Below, piece by piece: positions 8,355 through 16,685 of a DNA stretch of 32,000 nucleotides. The translations under genes were made by a program, and so were the position numbers. This DNA is from Candidatus Saccharimonadota bacterium (GTDB taxonomy: Bacteria; Patescibacteriota; Saccharimonadia; Saccharimonadales; UBA4665). The stretch is from contig OY970322.1 of the NCBI GenBank assembly GCA_963716945.1, positions 660,001-692,000 on the forward strand, given 5' to 3'. A model generated the notes under the pieces. That model was not told the DNA's origin, searched no databases, and was given only the letters and a program-made list of their open reading frames with translations. Within the stretch, counting starts at the first letter, position 1. Each line of letters starts with the position of its first letter.

Positions 8355-9257
8355 ATGACCAAAAAATCCCGGGCGGTCCTGATCGGTACGCCGGTCTTAG
8401 GCTTTTTGGCGCTGGCCGCCTGGTACTTGCACCGGACCGATATTCCGGTTCTGGAGCCACGGGGTCCGGTAGCGCGCCAGGAATTTGACCTGCTGATGAC
8501 CGGCCTGGCCCTAAGCCTGGTCGTGGTCGTCCCGGTGTTTAGCCTGTTGTTCGCGTTTGCCTGGAAATACCGCGAAGGCAACCGCAAGGCCAAGTACAGT
8601 CCGGATATGGACGGTAACCGCATAGCCGAAACCGTCTGGTGGATTGTGCCTTCCATCCTGATTCTGATAATTTCGATACTGACCTGGAACAGCAGCCACC
8701 AGCTGGACCCCTACAAGCCGCTAACCTCCACTAAGCCGCAAATGACTATCCAGGTTGTGGCGTTGGACTGGAAATGGCTGTTCATCTACCCCGAGCAAAA
8801 TATCGCCAGCGTGAATTTCGTCCAATTCCCCAAGGACACGCCGGTGGACTTCGAAATAACGGCCGACGCGCCGATGAACTCGTTCTGGCTGCCACAGCTG
8901 GGCGGCCAGATTTACGCCATGCCCGGCATGGCGACGCAGCTGCACCTGATGGCCAGCCAAGAAGGCACCTACAACGGCTCGTCCGCCAATATCAGCGGTT
9001 CGGGCTTCGCCGGCATGGCTTTCAAGGCTAAATCCAGCTCCGACGGCGACTTTGATAAATGGGTCCGTTCAGTCAAAAACTCCGGTTCCGACCTAAGTAT
9101 GCAAGCCTATGACAAACTGGCCGAACCGAGCTCATATAACCCGGTAACTTATTATGCTTCCGCCCAGTCCGGGCTGTATGATAGTGTCATAATGAAATAC
9201 ATGCCGGTGGCCGGCTCGATGCCGGGCATGAGTATGCCGGGGATGGCCGCTCAATGA
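8355..9257 (+). CDS. cyoA: cytochrome o/bo3-type quinol oxidase subunit II
   Basis: [33 protein letters not shown] and [12 protein letters not shown] occupy the position of the CuA Cys/His motif, and the protein has no Cys at all. Close resemblance to E. coli CyoA as I recall it. GGAG Shine-Dalgarno 8 nt upstream. No lipobox Cys at the N-terminus. Confidence 0.9.
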   Translation: MTKKSRAVLIGTPVLGFLALAAWYLHRTDIPVLEPRGPVARQEFDLLMTGLALSLVVVVPVFSLLFAFAWKYREGNRKAKYSPDMDGNRIAETVWWIVPSILILIISILTWNSSHQLDPYKPLTSTKPQMTIQVVALDWKWLFIYPEQNIASVNFVQFPKDTPVDFEITADAPMNSFWLPQLGGQIYAMPGMATQLHLMASQEGTYNGSSANISGSGFAGMAFKAKSSSDGDFDKWVRSVKNSGSDLSMQAYDKLAEPSSYNPVTYYASAQSGLYDSVIMKYMPVAGSMPGMSMPGMAAQ

Positions 9258-11260
9258 ACATACTTTTCGCCAGCGCATTCTTAGGCAAACTTAGTTGGAG
9301 CGCTTTTCCGCATGACGCGATTACGATTTTCGGCGCTTCGACCGTGGTCGGCGGCGCTATCCTGGTGCCCTGCCTGCTAACTTATTTCAAACGCTGGAAA
9401 TGGCTCTGGCGGGAATGGCTGACTACCGTCGACCCTAAACGGATCGGCGTGATGTATATAATCGTGGCGCTGCTGATGCTACTGCGCGGCCTGAGCGATG
9501 CCGTGCTGGTCAGGACCCAGCAGGCGACTTCGGTCGGCGCCTCTAATGGCATTCTATCGGCCAACCACTTCCAGCAAATCTTCTCAGCCCATGGCACGAT
9601 TATGATTTTCTTCGTGGCCATGGGCCTGATGTTCGGCCTGATCAACCTGATCGTACCGCTGCAAATCGGAGCCCGCGACGTGGCTTTCCCGTTTTTGAAC
9701 GCGACCAGTTTCTGGCTGTTCGTAGCGGGCATGCTGCTGGTTAACCTGTCTCTCGTAGTAGGCGAATTCTCGGCCGCCGGCTGGCTGGCCTACCCGCCGT
9801 TGTCCGAGCTGCAGTTCAGCCCGGGCGTCGGTGTCGATTACTGGATATGGAGCTTGCAGATTGCCGGTGTCGGCAGCCTGTTAGCCGGAGTTAACTTCCT
9901 GGTCACTATCCTGAAGATGCGCTGCCCCGGCATGACCTTGATGAAAATGCCGATGTTCGTCTGGAGCGTCCTGTGTTCTATGGTACTGGTCATTTTCGCT
10001 TTCCCCATCCTGACCGTCACCCTGGCCCTGTTATTCCTCGACCGGTCTATGGGGATGCACTTTTTCACTGCCAGCGGCGGCGGCAACGCTATGATGTACG
10101 TCAACCTGATCTGGGCTTGGGGACACCCCGAAGTCTATATCCTGATGCTGCCGGCTTTCGGCGTTTACTCCGAAGTCGTGGCGACTTTCTCGCGCAAACG
10201 CTTATTCGGCTATACGTCGATGGTCTGGGCTTTAATCGCGATTACTTTTCTGTCGTTTTCGGTCTGGCTGCACCATTTCTTCACGATGGGTGCCGGAGCC
10301 GACGTCAATGCTTTCTTCGGTATTATGACGGGGGTAATCGCCATACCGACCGGGGTCAAGATCTTTAACTGGCTGGCAACCATGTACCGCGGGCGGATTC
10401 TGTTTGCCACGCCCATGTTCTGGTTCATGGGCTTCGTCGTTATCTTCACGATCGGCGGTGTGGCCGGCGTATTGATGTCGGTGCCGGCGATTGATTTCCA
10501 GGTACACAACAGCCTGTTCCTGGTGGCGCACTTCCATATGATGATCGTCGGCGGTGTGGTGTTCGGCTATTTCGCCGGCATTACTTATTGGTTCCCGAAG
10601 ATCTTCGGGTTCCGGCTCAACGAGGCGCTTGGCAAGAAAGCTTTTTGGGGGTGGTTCATCGGTTTCCTGCTGGCCTTCGTGCCGCTGTATATACTCGGAC
10701 TGATGGGGGCTACCAGGCGGCTCGACCACTACAGCGCCTCGCTGGGCTGGCAGCAGCTGTTCATTGTCGCCGCCGTCGGCGTGGCGGTCGTACTGATAGG
10801 GGTCGGTTTTCAGGTCCTGCAATTCGTTTTAAGCATCAAACGGCGTAAAGCTAATCTCGATACTACCGGCGACCCCTGGAACGGCCGGACCCTGGAATGG
10901 TCCACCGCTTCGCCGGCGCCCTTTTATAATTTCGCCGTTATTCCGGAGGTAAGCCAGCGTGACGCTTTCTGGGCCGCCAAACAGGCCGCCGCGGACGAAG
11001 ATGACGACGACCGGCCCAAACCCCGCTACGAGGACATCGTGCTGCCCAAGAATACCCCGCTGGGGCTATTTATCGCCGCCTCGGCTTTTGCCTTCGGTTT
11101 CGCGGCTATCTGGCACATCATATGGCTGGCCGTCGCCGGTCTCTTCGGTATAATTGTCTGCGTCATTGTCCGTGCTTCCGATGACGAGCCTGAATATTGC
11201 CTGCCGGCCGCCGAAGTCAAGCAGCTTGAGGCCACGGCCAAGAAGGGGAATTATGCATGA
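9254..11260 (+). CDS. cyoB: cytochrome o/bo3-type quinol oxidase subunit I (heme-copper oxidase)
   Basis: 668 aa. Heme and CuB ligand motifs [29 protein letters not shown] and [11 protein letters not shown]. The start overlaps the cyoA stop by 4 nt (ATGA). Confidence 0.95.
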   Translation: MNILFASAFLGKLSWSAFPHDAITIFGASTVVGGAILVPCLLTYFKRWKWLWREWLTTVDPKRIGVMYIIVALLMLLRGLSDAVLVRTQQATSVGASNGILSANHFQQIFSAHGTIMIFFVAMGLMFGLINLIVPLQIGARDVAFPFLNATSFWLFVAGMLLVNLSLVVGEFSAAGWLAYPPLSELQFSPGVGVDYWIWSLQIAGVGSLLAGVNFLVTILKMRCPGMTLMKMPMFVWSVLCSMVLVIFAFPILTVTLALLFLDRSMGMHFFTASGGGNAMMYVNLIWAWGHPEVYILMLPAFGVYSEVVATFSRKRLFGYTSMVWALIAITFLSFSVWLHHFFTMGAGADVNAFFGIMTGVIAIPTGVKIFNWLATMYRGRILFATPMFWFMGFVVIFTIGGVAGVLMSVPAIDFQVHNSLFLVAHFHMMIVGGVVFGYFAGITYWFPKIFGFRLNEALGKKAFWGWFIGFLLAFVPLYILGLMGATRRLDHYSASLGWQQLFIVAAVGVAVVLIGVGFQVLQFVLSIKRRKANLDTTGDPWNGRTLEWSTASPAPFYNFAVIPEVSQRDAFWAAKQAAADEDDDDRPKPRYEDIVLPKNTPLGLFIAASAFAFGFAAIWHIIWLAVAGLFGIIVCVIVRASDDEPEYCLPAAEVKQLEATAKKGNYA

Positions 11261-11862
11261 CTAAGGCTGACAAGCTCAAGGCCGCTGCCGAGATAGAAGA
11301 TAACGAGGGCAAGTCGATCTTCGGTTTCTGGGTTTACCTGATGACCGACTGCGTGCTGTTTGCCAGTCTGTTCGCGGCTTACGCCGTGCTGCACAACAAT
11401 ACTTTCGGCGGCCCGGCCGGCAGCCAGCTGTTCAGCTTGCCATTCGTGTTGACCGAGACGCTCATTCTTTTAACCAGCAGCTTCACCTGCGGCCTGGGCG
11501 TGTTGTCGGCCTACAACGGCCACAAGAACAAGGTTGTGGCCTGGTTCGGCGTGACATTTCTGCTGGGGGCCAGTTTCTTGGCGATGGAGCTGACTGAATT
11601 CAACCACCTGGTTCATGACGGCAACAGCTGGACGCGCAGCGGCTTCCTGTCCTCCTTTTTCACGCTCGTCGGCACCCACGGGCTGCATATTACTATCGGC
11701 CTGCTGTGGATGGCCGTGCTGATGCTGCAGGTGCTCAGGAAGGGCCTGGGCCGGGCGACCGTCAAGCGGCTGACGCTTTTTAGTCTGTTCTGGCATTTCC
11801 TGGACCTGATCTGGATATTTATCTTCACGATCGTTTATCTGTTGGGGGCATTGAAGATATGA
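11257..11862 (+). CDS. cyoC: quinol oxidase subunit III
   Basis: 201 aa. [34 protein letters not shown] and [14 protein letters not shown]. 4-nt ATGA overlap with cyoB. Confidence 0.9.
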   Translation: MTKADKLKAAAEIEDNEGKSIFGFWVYLMTDCVLFASLFAAYAVLHNNTFGGPAGSQLFSLPFVLTETLILLTSSFTCGLGVLSAYNGHKNKVVAWFGVTFLLGASFLAMELTEFNHLVHDGNSWTRSGFLSSFFTLVGTHGLHITIGLLWMAVLMLQVLRKGLGRATVKRLTLFSLFWHFLDLIWIFIFTIVYLLGALKI

Positions 11863-12236
11863 GCCAGCCCAAGCCGGTAATCGTATCGCACCACCAGGCC
11901 GGCCGGCCGACGCTAAAGGCCTACGTCACCGGCTATGTGTCATCTATAGTACTGACGCTGGCGGCCTATTTGCTGGTGGCCCATCATTGGCTTGACCGCG
12001 GCCCGGCCATTACCGCGGTCGTCGGCCTGGCCTTGGCGCAGTTCCTGGTCCAGCTGCTTTACTTCCTGCACCTGGGTACGGAAGCCAGGCCGCGTTGGAA
12101 GCTGATGGTTTTTCTCTTTATGATAATGATTGTCGTCGTCCTGGTGTTCGGTTCGTTGTGGATTATGTCGAATTTGAACTACCGCATGACCCCTGAGCAG
12201 GTTAACACCTACATGCAAAACCAAGACGGGCTATAG
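11859..12236 (+). CDS. cyoD: quinol oxidase subunit IV
   Basis: 125 aa with 3 TM. LKAYVTGYVSSIVLT resembles the CyoD N-terminal region. 4-nt ATGA overlap with cyoC. Confidence 0.85.
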   Translation: MSQPKPVIVSHHQAGRPTLKAYVTGYVSSIVLTLAAYLLVAHHWLDRGPAITAVVGLALAQFLVQLLYFLHLGTEARPRWKLMVFLFMIMIVVVLVFGSLWIMSNLNYRMTPEQVNTYMQNQDGL

Positions 12237-12239
12237 TAG

Positions 12240-13094
12240 TTGATCAAAAAGTATTACGGCCTGACCAAGCCCGGCATTATTTACGGTAATGCCCTGACGG
12301 CGGCCGCCGGGTTTCTGCTGGCCTCGGCCGGCCACGTTAAGTTCGGCCTGCTGGTTGCGACCCTGGCGGGCACTTGCCTGGTCATCGCTTCGGCCTGCGT
12401 CTTTAATAACTATATCGACCGCGGTATCGACCGGCGGATGGCCCGGACACGGCGGCGGGCTTTGGCCAAAGGTGCGGTCGGTCCGCGGCCGGCTCTGGTT
12501 TTCGGCGCGGTCTTGGGCTTGCTGGGCTTTCTGGTGCTTGGCCTGTGGGTTAACGCCTTGGTTTTTGCCATCGGCAGCGTTGCCTTCGTCGATTACGTCG
12601 TTTTTTACGGCCTGTCCAAGCGCCGCTCGGTCCATGGCACCCTGGTCGGCAGCATAGCCGGGGCGGCACCGGTGGTAGCCGGCTACTGCGCCGTTACCGG
12701 CCGCTTGGACGGCGGCGCGCTGATTTTATTCCTGATCCTGGCGGCCTGGCAGATGCCGCACTTCTACGCTATCGCCATTTACCGGTTTGACGACTACAAA
12801 GCCGCCGGTTTGCCCGTCCTGCCGGTTAAGAAAGGCCTCCGGCCGGCCAAAATCCAGATAACCCTCTACGTCACGGCGTTTATCGCTGCCAATATCCTGT
12901 TAAGCGCTTTCGGCTATGCCGGCTATACTTACCTGGTCGTCATGACGCTGCTGGGCGTCGCCTGGCTATGGTTTGGCGTTAAGGGTTTTGGGGTTGCCGA
13001 TGATAAGCTTTGGGCCCGCCAAATGTTCTTCTACTCGCTAATTATAATTCTGGCCCTGTCAGCCATGCTGGCGGTCGGCTCAGTCCTAGCCTAG
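12240..13094 (+). CDS. cyoE: protoheme IX farnesyltransferase (heme O synthase)
   Basis: TTG start 3 nt after the cyoD stop. GLTKPGIIYGNALTAAAGFLLAS and the Asp-rich prenyltransferase motif FNNYIDRGIDRRMARTRRR. 284 aa, polytopic. Confidence 0.9.
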   Translation: MIKKYYGLTKPGIIYGNALTAAAGFLLASAGHVKFGLLVATLAGTCLVIASACVFNNYIDRGIDRRMARTRRRALAKGAVGPRPALVFGAVLGLLGFLVLGLWVNALVFAIGSVAFVDYVVFYGLSKRRSVHGTLVGSIAGAAPVVAGYCAVTGRLDGGALILFLILAAWQMPHFYAIAIYRFDDYKAAGLPVLPVKKGLRPAKIQITLYVTAFIAANILLSAFGYAGYTYLVVMTLLGVAWLWFGVKGFGVADDKLWARQMFFYSLIIILALSAMLAVGSVLA

Positions 13095-14020
13095 TCGTCC
13101 AGCTTGAGCGAACCGAGGCGCAGCCGCTGTTTGGCGTGCAGGCTGAGGACGACGGCGAACAGCAGCAGCAAAAAGATAACGTATGCCCCGCGGTCAATTA
13201 CGTTGGCCGACAATATGTTGGCCGTCGAGACGTGGTGCAGCCGGCGCGAAAACACCAGGAACGTCTCGCGGAAACCGATGGCGTCCGGCGTCAAGGACAC
13301 GAACAGGGCGAAGTTCGCCGCACCTGAGTAGGATACGGCCTGGCCCCATGATATATGGGGATTAACGGCTTTCAGCTCGACGAAATACGTTACGGCCGTC
13401 AGCAGCACCTGCAGGAATGTCACGACCATCAACCGGGCCAGGATGTCGCTTCGCAGGCTGAACTGCGAGGCGGCCGGCCGTTTGTCGCGCTTGAGAAATA
13501 GCTTTATGACGCAAAAGCTGAAGCCGGCCACGGCAGCCAGCGCCAGAACCGTTTGCCACCACGGCCGGGTTCCGACCAGCAGGAACAAAGCGCTGAAAAA
13601 CGCGAACAGCCCGTAGTACAGCAAGGTCGCCAAAGTATAGTCGCGCAACCTCACCTTATGCCGGGTCTTGAGGTAGGCCGCCCGGACGCCGGGACCGCTT
13701 TGCAGCGGGCCGAAGAAGTTAACGATCGACGAGTACGAAGTCAGCAAGAAATTCTCTTTCCAGGCCAATTGTTTCCCGCAGAGCTTAAGGCAATTGTCAT
13801 AAACCAGCATCAGCAGCCCGACCATCGGGATATTCAGGGCTATAACGGCCACGATCCACCAGGGGTTGGTCCGGCCCAGCTGGCGAATGTAGTCGGGGTG
13901 CTGGGCAAAAAAGCGGACAAAGACTGCCACCGTCGCTAACAGCACCAGAACGATCAAGATATTTTTGGTGCGGCGGCCGGTTAGGACTCGGCGCACCGAA
14001 GCAAGCGTCTCTGCAACCAT
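13091..14020 (-). CDS. polytopic membrane protein, divergent LPG_synthase_TM / UPF0104 ('flippase-like') family member
   Basis: 309 aa, about 8 TM. The architecture and the C-terminal motif LTPDAIGFRE correspond to the TPGGLGGFE motif of the clearer paralog at 21999-22937. TATACT sits 6 nt upstream of the ATG. Confidence 0.5.
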   Translation of the reverse strand: MVAETLASVRRVLTGRRTKNILIVLVLLATVAVFVRFFAQHPDYIRQLGRTNPWWIVAVIALNIPMVGLLMLVYDNCLKLCGKQLAWKENFLLTSYSSIVNFFGPLQSGPGVRAAYLKTRHKVRLRDYTLATLLYYGLFAFFSALFLLVGTRPWWQTVLALAAVAGFSFCVIKLFLKRDKRPAASQFSLRSDILARLMVVTFLQVLLTAVTYFVELKAVNPHISWGQAVSYSGAANFALFVSLTPDAIGFRETFLVFSRRLHHVSTANILSANVIDRGAYVIFLLLLFAVVLSLHAKQRLRLGSLKLDD

Positions 14021-14026
14021 AGCGAC

Positions 14027-14032
14027 AGTATA
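14027..14032 (-). promoter_or_regulatory. candidate -10 box TATACT, 6 nt upstream of ATG 14020 (leaderless geometry)
   Basis: Reverse strand reads TATACT-GTCGCT-ATG. Confidence 0.4.
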
Positions 14033-14088
14033 ACACCGGCCGTCCGGCAGCTGTTCAGGTATCTTAAGCGTTCCTTAAAGTTTCAGGC

Positions 14089-14103
14089 TATACTGTAAGC
14101 AAG
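14089..14103 (+). promoter_or_regulatory. candidate -10 box TATACT followed by GTAAGCAAG, upstream of 14112
   Basis: TATACTGTAAGCAAGAATTTAATATG. Confidence 0.35.
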
Positions 14104-14111
14104 AATTTAAT

Positions 14112-15635
14112 ATGAATAAGACCAATGGTTCACTAGCGAGGCGGGCTATGTCCGTGTTCGGCAATCCCCGGTTTTTCAGAGTCATTCTGGCCTTGCTGGT
14201 AGTTCAAGCGGCCTGGATTGCCCTGACCGGCCGTTATCCGATGGCTTTTGACGAAGATTTCCATCTGGGCATTATCCGGCTTTATGCCCATCATATTTCC
14301 CCGTTTTGGAGCGGCCAGCCCCAAAATGCCGATATGTTTGGCGCCGTCGCCCGCGACCCGTCCTACCTTTACCAGTACCTGATGAGTTTCCCCTACCGGC
14401 TGATAAGCTTGTTTACCGGCGACCAAACAATCCAGGTGCTGATCTTGCGGGCTATAGACATAGGCTTATTTGCCGGCGGCGTCGCCCTTTACCGGCGCTT
14501 GATGATGAAAGCCGGCACTTCGGTAGCAATGGTCAACCTCTGCCTGCTGATTTTCGTCTTGATACCGATAACGCCTTTACTGGCGGCGCAGATCAACTAT
14601 GATAACTTGCTCCTGCCGGTTACGGCCTTAGCCTTGCTAATGACATTGGATTTCGATGCCCGGCTGGCCAAAAAGAAGCAGCTGGACACCGGCTTGCTGG
14701 CGGGCTTGCTGATTGTCTGCCTGCTGTCCAGCTTGGTCAAATACGCGTTTTTGCCCTTGTTCGCGGCTATTGTCGGCTTTATCGCAGTCCGGCTGTGGCA
14801 ACGTTATCGGTCGCCCAGAACTATCGGCGGCCAGCTGCTAGCGGGTTGGCGGCGGCTTAGCGGCTGGAGCCAGGCTGGCCTGGTGGCCGCCTTGATAGTC
14901 TCGGGCGGCCTGTTCGTTCAGCGCTACGGCATCAACATCGTCCGCTACCACGAACCGGTGCCGGATTGCAGCCAGGTTCTAAGTGTCAAGGAATGCAGCC
15001 AATACGGGCCGTGGATACGCAATTATAACCTTGAACTGGCCAATATCGGCGGCCGGCATAGCCCGCTGACCTTTACGGCCGACTGGCTTTATGGCATGTG
15101 GCTGAGGACGTTCTTCGCCGTCGACGGGCCGGCCACTAATTTTCAGACCAGGGGTCCGCTGCTAGTGCCCGGGATTAGCGCTATAGTTTTCGCCGCCGCG
15201 GGCGTTATAGCCGTGGCGGCGGCCGGCCCTAAGCTGCTGCGGCGTTATAATGCGCCGGTTTTGTGGCTTTTCGCGGCGGCGCCCATAGTTTACGCCGGGG
15301 CCCTATGGCTCGACGACTACAAGGCTTTCGTACAAACCGGCCAAGCGGTGGCCATTAACGGCCGCTACTTGCTGCCTGTTTTGCTGCCGATACTGCTGCT
15401 GGTGGCCGCTTCCGCCGGCGAACTATTGAAGCATAAGGCGGTTCTCAAGCTATACCTGGCCGCCGTCGTGGTACTTTGTCTGGCCTGGGGCGGCGGCGCC
15501 TTGACGTATATATTGCGCAGCAACGATGCCTGGTACTGGCCCAGCCCGGCCGTCAGAACGGCCAACCACGCCGTTCAGCGGGTTCTAGGACCGGTTACGC
15601 CCGGTTACCGGGACCCGACGCAGTTCATGCACTAA
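14112..15635 (+). CDS. large polytopic membrane protein, putative GT-C-type (polyprenyl-phosphate-sugar dependent) glycosyltransferase
   Basis: 507 aa, more than 10 TM. An acidic motif follows TM1 (MAFDEDFHLGIIRLY), as in the first external loop of GT-C enzymes. It is adjacent to the GT2 gene. The assignment is inferential. Confidence 0.45.
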   Translation: MNKTNGSLARRAMSVFGNPRFFRVILALLVVQAAWIALTGRYPMAFDEDFHLGIIRLYAHHISPFWSGQPQNADMFGAVARDPSYLYQYLMSFPYRLISLFTGDQTIQVLILRAIDIGLFAGGVALYRRLMMKAGTSVAMVNLCLLIFVLIPITPLLAAQINYDNLLLPVTALALLMTLDFDARLAKKKQLDTGLLAGLLIVCLLSSLVKYAFLPLFAAIVGFIAVRLWQRYRSPRTIGGQLLAGWRRLSGWSQAGLVAALIVSGGLFVQRYGINIVRYHEPVPDCSQVLSVKECSQYGPWIRNYNLELANIGGRHSPLTFTADWLYGMWLRTFFAVDGPATNFQTRGPLLVPGISAIVFAAAGVIAVAAAGPKLLRRYNAPVLWLFAAAPIVYAGALWLDDYKAFVQTGQAVAINGRYLLPVLLPILLLVAASAGELLKHKAVLKLYLAAVVVLCLAWGGGALTYILRSNDAWYWPSPAVRTANHAVQRVLGPVTPGYRDPTQFMH

Positions 15636-15644
15636 GGGGCCCGT

Positions 15645-16589
15645 TCAGGCCATGAAACGTTGGCGCTTGGTTTGTTCCAAGTTGTCTTCTATCAGTACCC
15701 GGTTGATACGAATCAGGTCGGCGATAATATTAAGCACCAGGCAGAGGAAGGCGCTGATCATCAGTAAAGACCCTACCAGCAAGGACTGAATGTGGCCGCG
15801 GGTAGTACCGTCTTCCAGGCTAAAGAAGAAGAAGCGGGCGAACGGTATCAGACCGATGGCGAACAGAATGCCGCCCATCCAGCCGAAAATTATATATGGC
15901 TTATACATAATATATGCGCGGATGATGGTGATGGCCGACTTGCGGACATGCTCGGCGGTGGATTTGAACAGGCGCGAATCCCGCAGTTTGGGGTTGGTTT
16001 CGACCGGAATGCTGTCAATGTGCAGACCTTTGTTGCCGGCCTGAATAATGGTCTCAGTGCAGTAGCTGAAACGGGTGATGGTGTTAAGCCTGATTAAGGA
16101 TTCGCGGCTATAGGCCCGGAAACCGCTGGCGGCATCCGGCAGCTTGGTGCCGGCGGCTTTGCTGACCACGGCGCTGCCTAGTTTTTGCAGTAATTTCTTG
16201 CCGGCCGAAAAATGCTCGATAGTATGGGTTTGCCGGTCGGCAATAACGATGTCGGCGTCACCTTTGATAATCGGCTGCACCAGGTCGCCTATCCGGTTCT
16301 GGGGGTACTGGTTGTCGCCGTCGGTGTTAACGACAATGTCGGCCCCCAGTTCCAAGGCTTTCATGACACCGTCATGGAACGACCGTCCCAAGCCCTGGTT
16401 GCGGGTGTGGTGTACGAAATGCTTGACACCGTGCCGGCGGGCTACCGCCACCGTCTTATCGGTCGAGCCGTCGTCTACCACCAGCGTGATAATTTCGTCG
16501 ACGCCGTCGATCTTGCGGGGAATGCTCTTCAAAACCAGAGGCAAGGTGGCCTCCTCGTTGAGGCAGGGTATCTGCACTACTACCTTCAT
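15645..16589 (-). CDS. GT2 glycosyltransferase with C-terminal TM helices (polyprenyl-phosphate sugar synthase-like, GtrB/DPM1/ArnC type)
   Basis: MKVVVQIPCLNEE...LVVDDGSTDKT...NTDGDNQY (DXD-type) followed by 2 C-terminal TM helices. I prefer ATG 16589 over the track start 16649, because the N-terminus then matches the family and TATACT lies 8 nt upstream. Confidence 0.8.
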   Translation of the reverse strand: MKVVVQIPCLNEEATLPLVLKSIPRKIDGVDEIITLVVDDGSTDKTVAVARRHGVKHFVHHTRNQGLGRSFHDGVMKALELGADIVVNTDGDNQYPQNRIGDLVQPIIKGDADIVIADRQTHTIEHFSAGKKLLQKLGSAVVSKAAGTKLPDAASGFRAYSRESLIRLNTITRFSYCTETIIQAGNKGLHIDSIPVETNPKLRDSRLFKSTAEHVRKSAITIIRAYIMYKPYIIFGWMGGILFAIGLIPFARFFFFSLEDGTTRGHIQSLLVGSLLMISAFLCLVLNIIADLIRINRVLIEDNLEQTKRQRFMA

Positions 16590-16597
16590 TACCCTAC

Positions 16598-16603
16598 AGT
16601 ATA
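16598..16603 (-). promoter_or_regulatory. candidate -10 box TATACT, 8 nt upstream of ATG 16589
   Basis: Reverse strand reads TATACT-GTAGGGTA-ATG. Confidence 0.35.
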
Positions 16604-16666
16604 GCTGACAGAGGTACGGAAACAAAGTCGGCTCAAAAAAGATTCGCATACCGGCCGCCGAACCGG

Positions 16667-16677
16667 TATAATAGTAT
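16667..16677 (+). promoter_or_regulatory. overlapping candidate -10 boxes TATAATAGTAT upstream of the LCP gene
   Basis: TATAAT lies 13 nt and TAGTAT 8 nt upstream of ATG 16686. No Shine-Dalgarno. Confidence 0.35.
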
Positions 16678-16685
16678 CCACTTCA

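Noticed and set aside
10232-10822. 196-aa minus-strand ORF inside cyoB
   Set aside because: It is antisense to a highly conserved heme-copper oxidase subunit I. Its charged, repetitive product is unlike any family I know.
16590-16649. 20-codon N-terminal extension of the GT2 gene given in the ORF track
   Set aside because: The extension MRIFFEPTLFPYLCQLYCRV precedes a canonical GT2 N-terminus MKVVVQIPCLNEE. It would also consume the TATACT promoter box. The internal ATG at 16589 is preferred.
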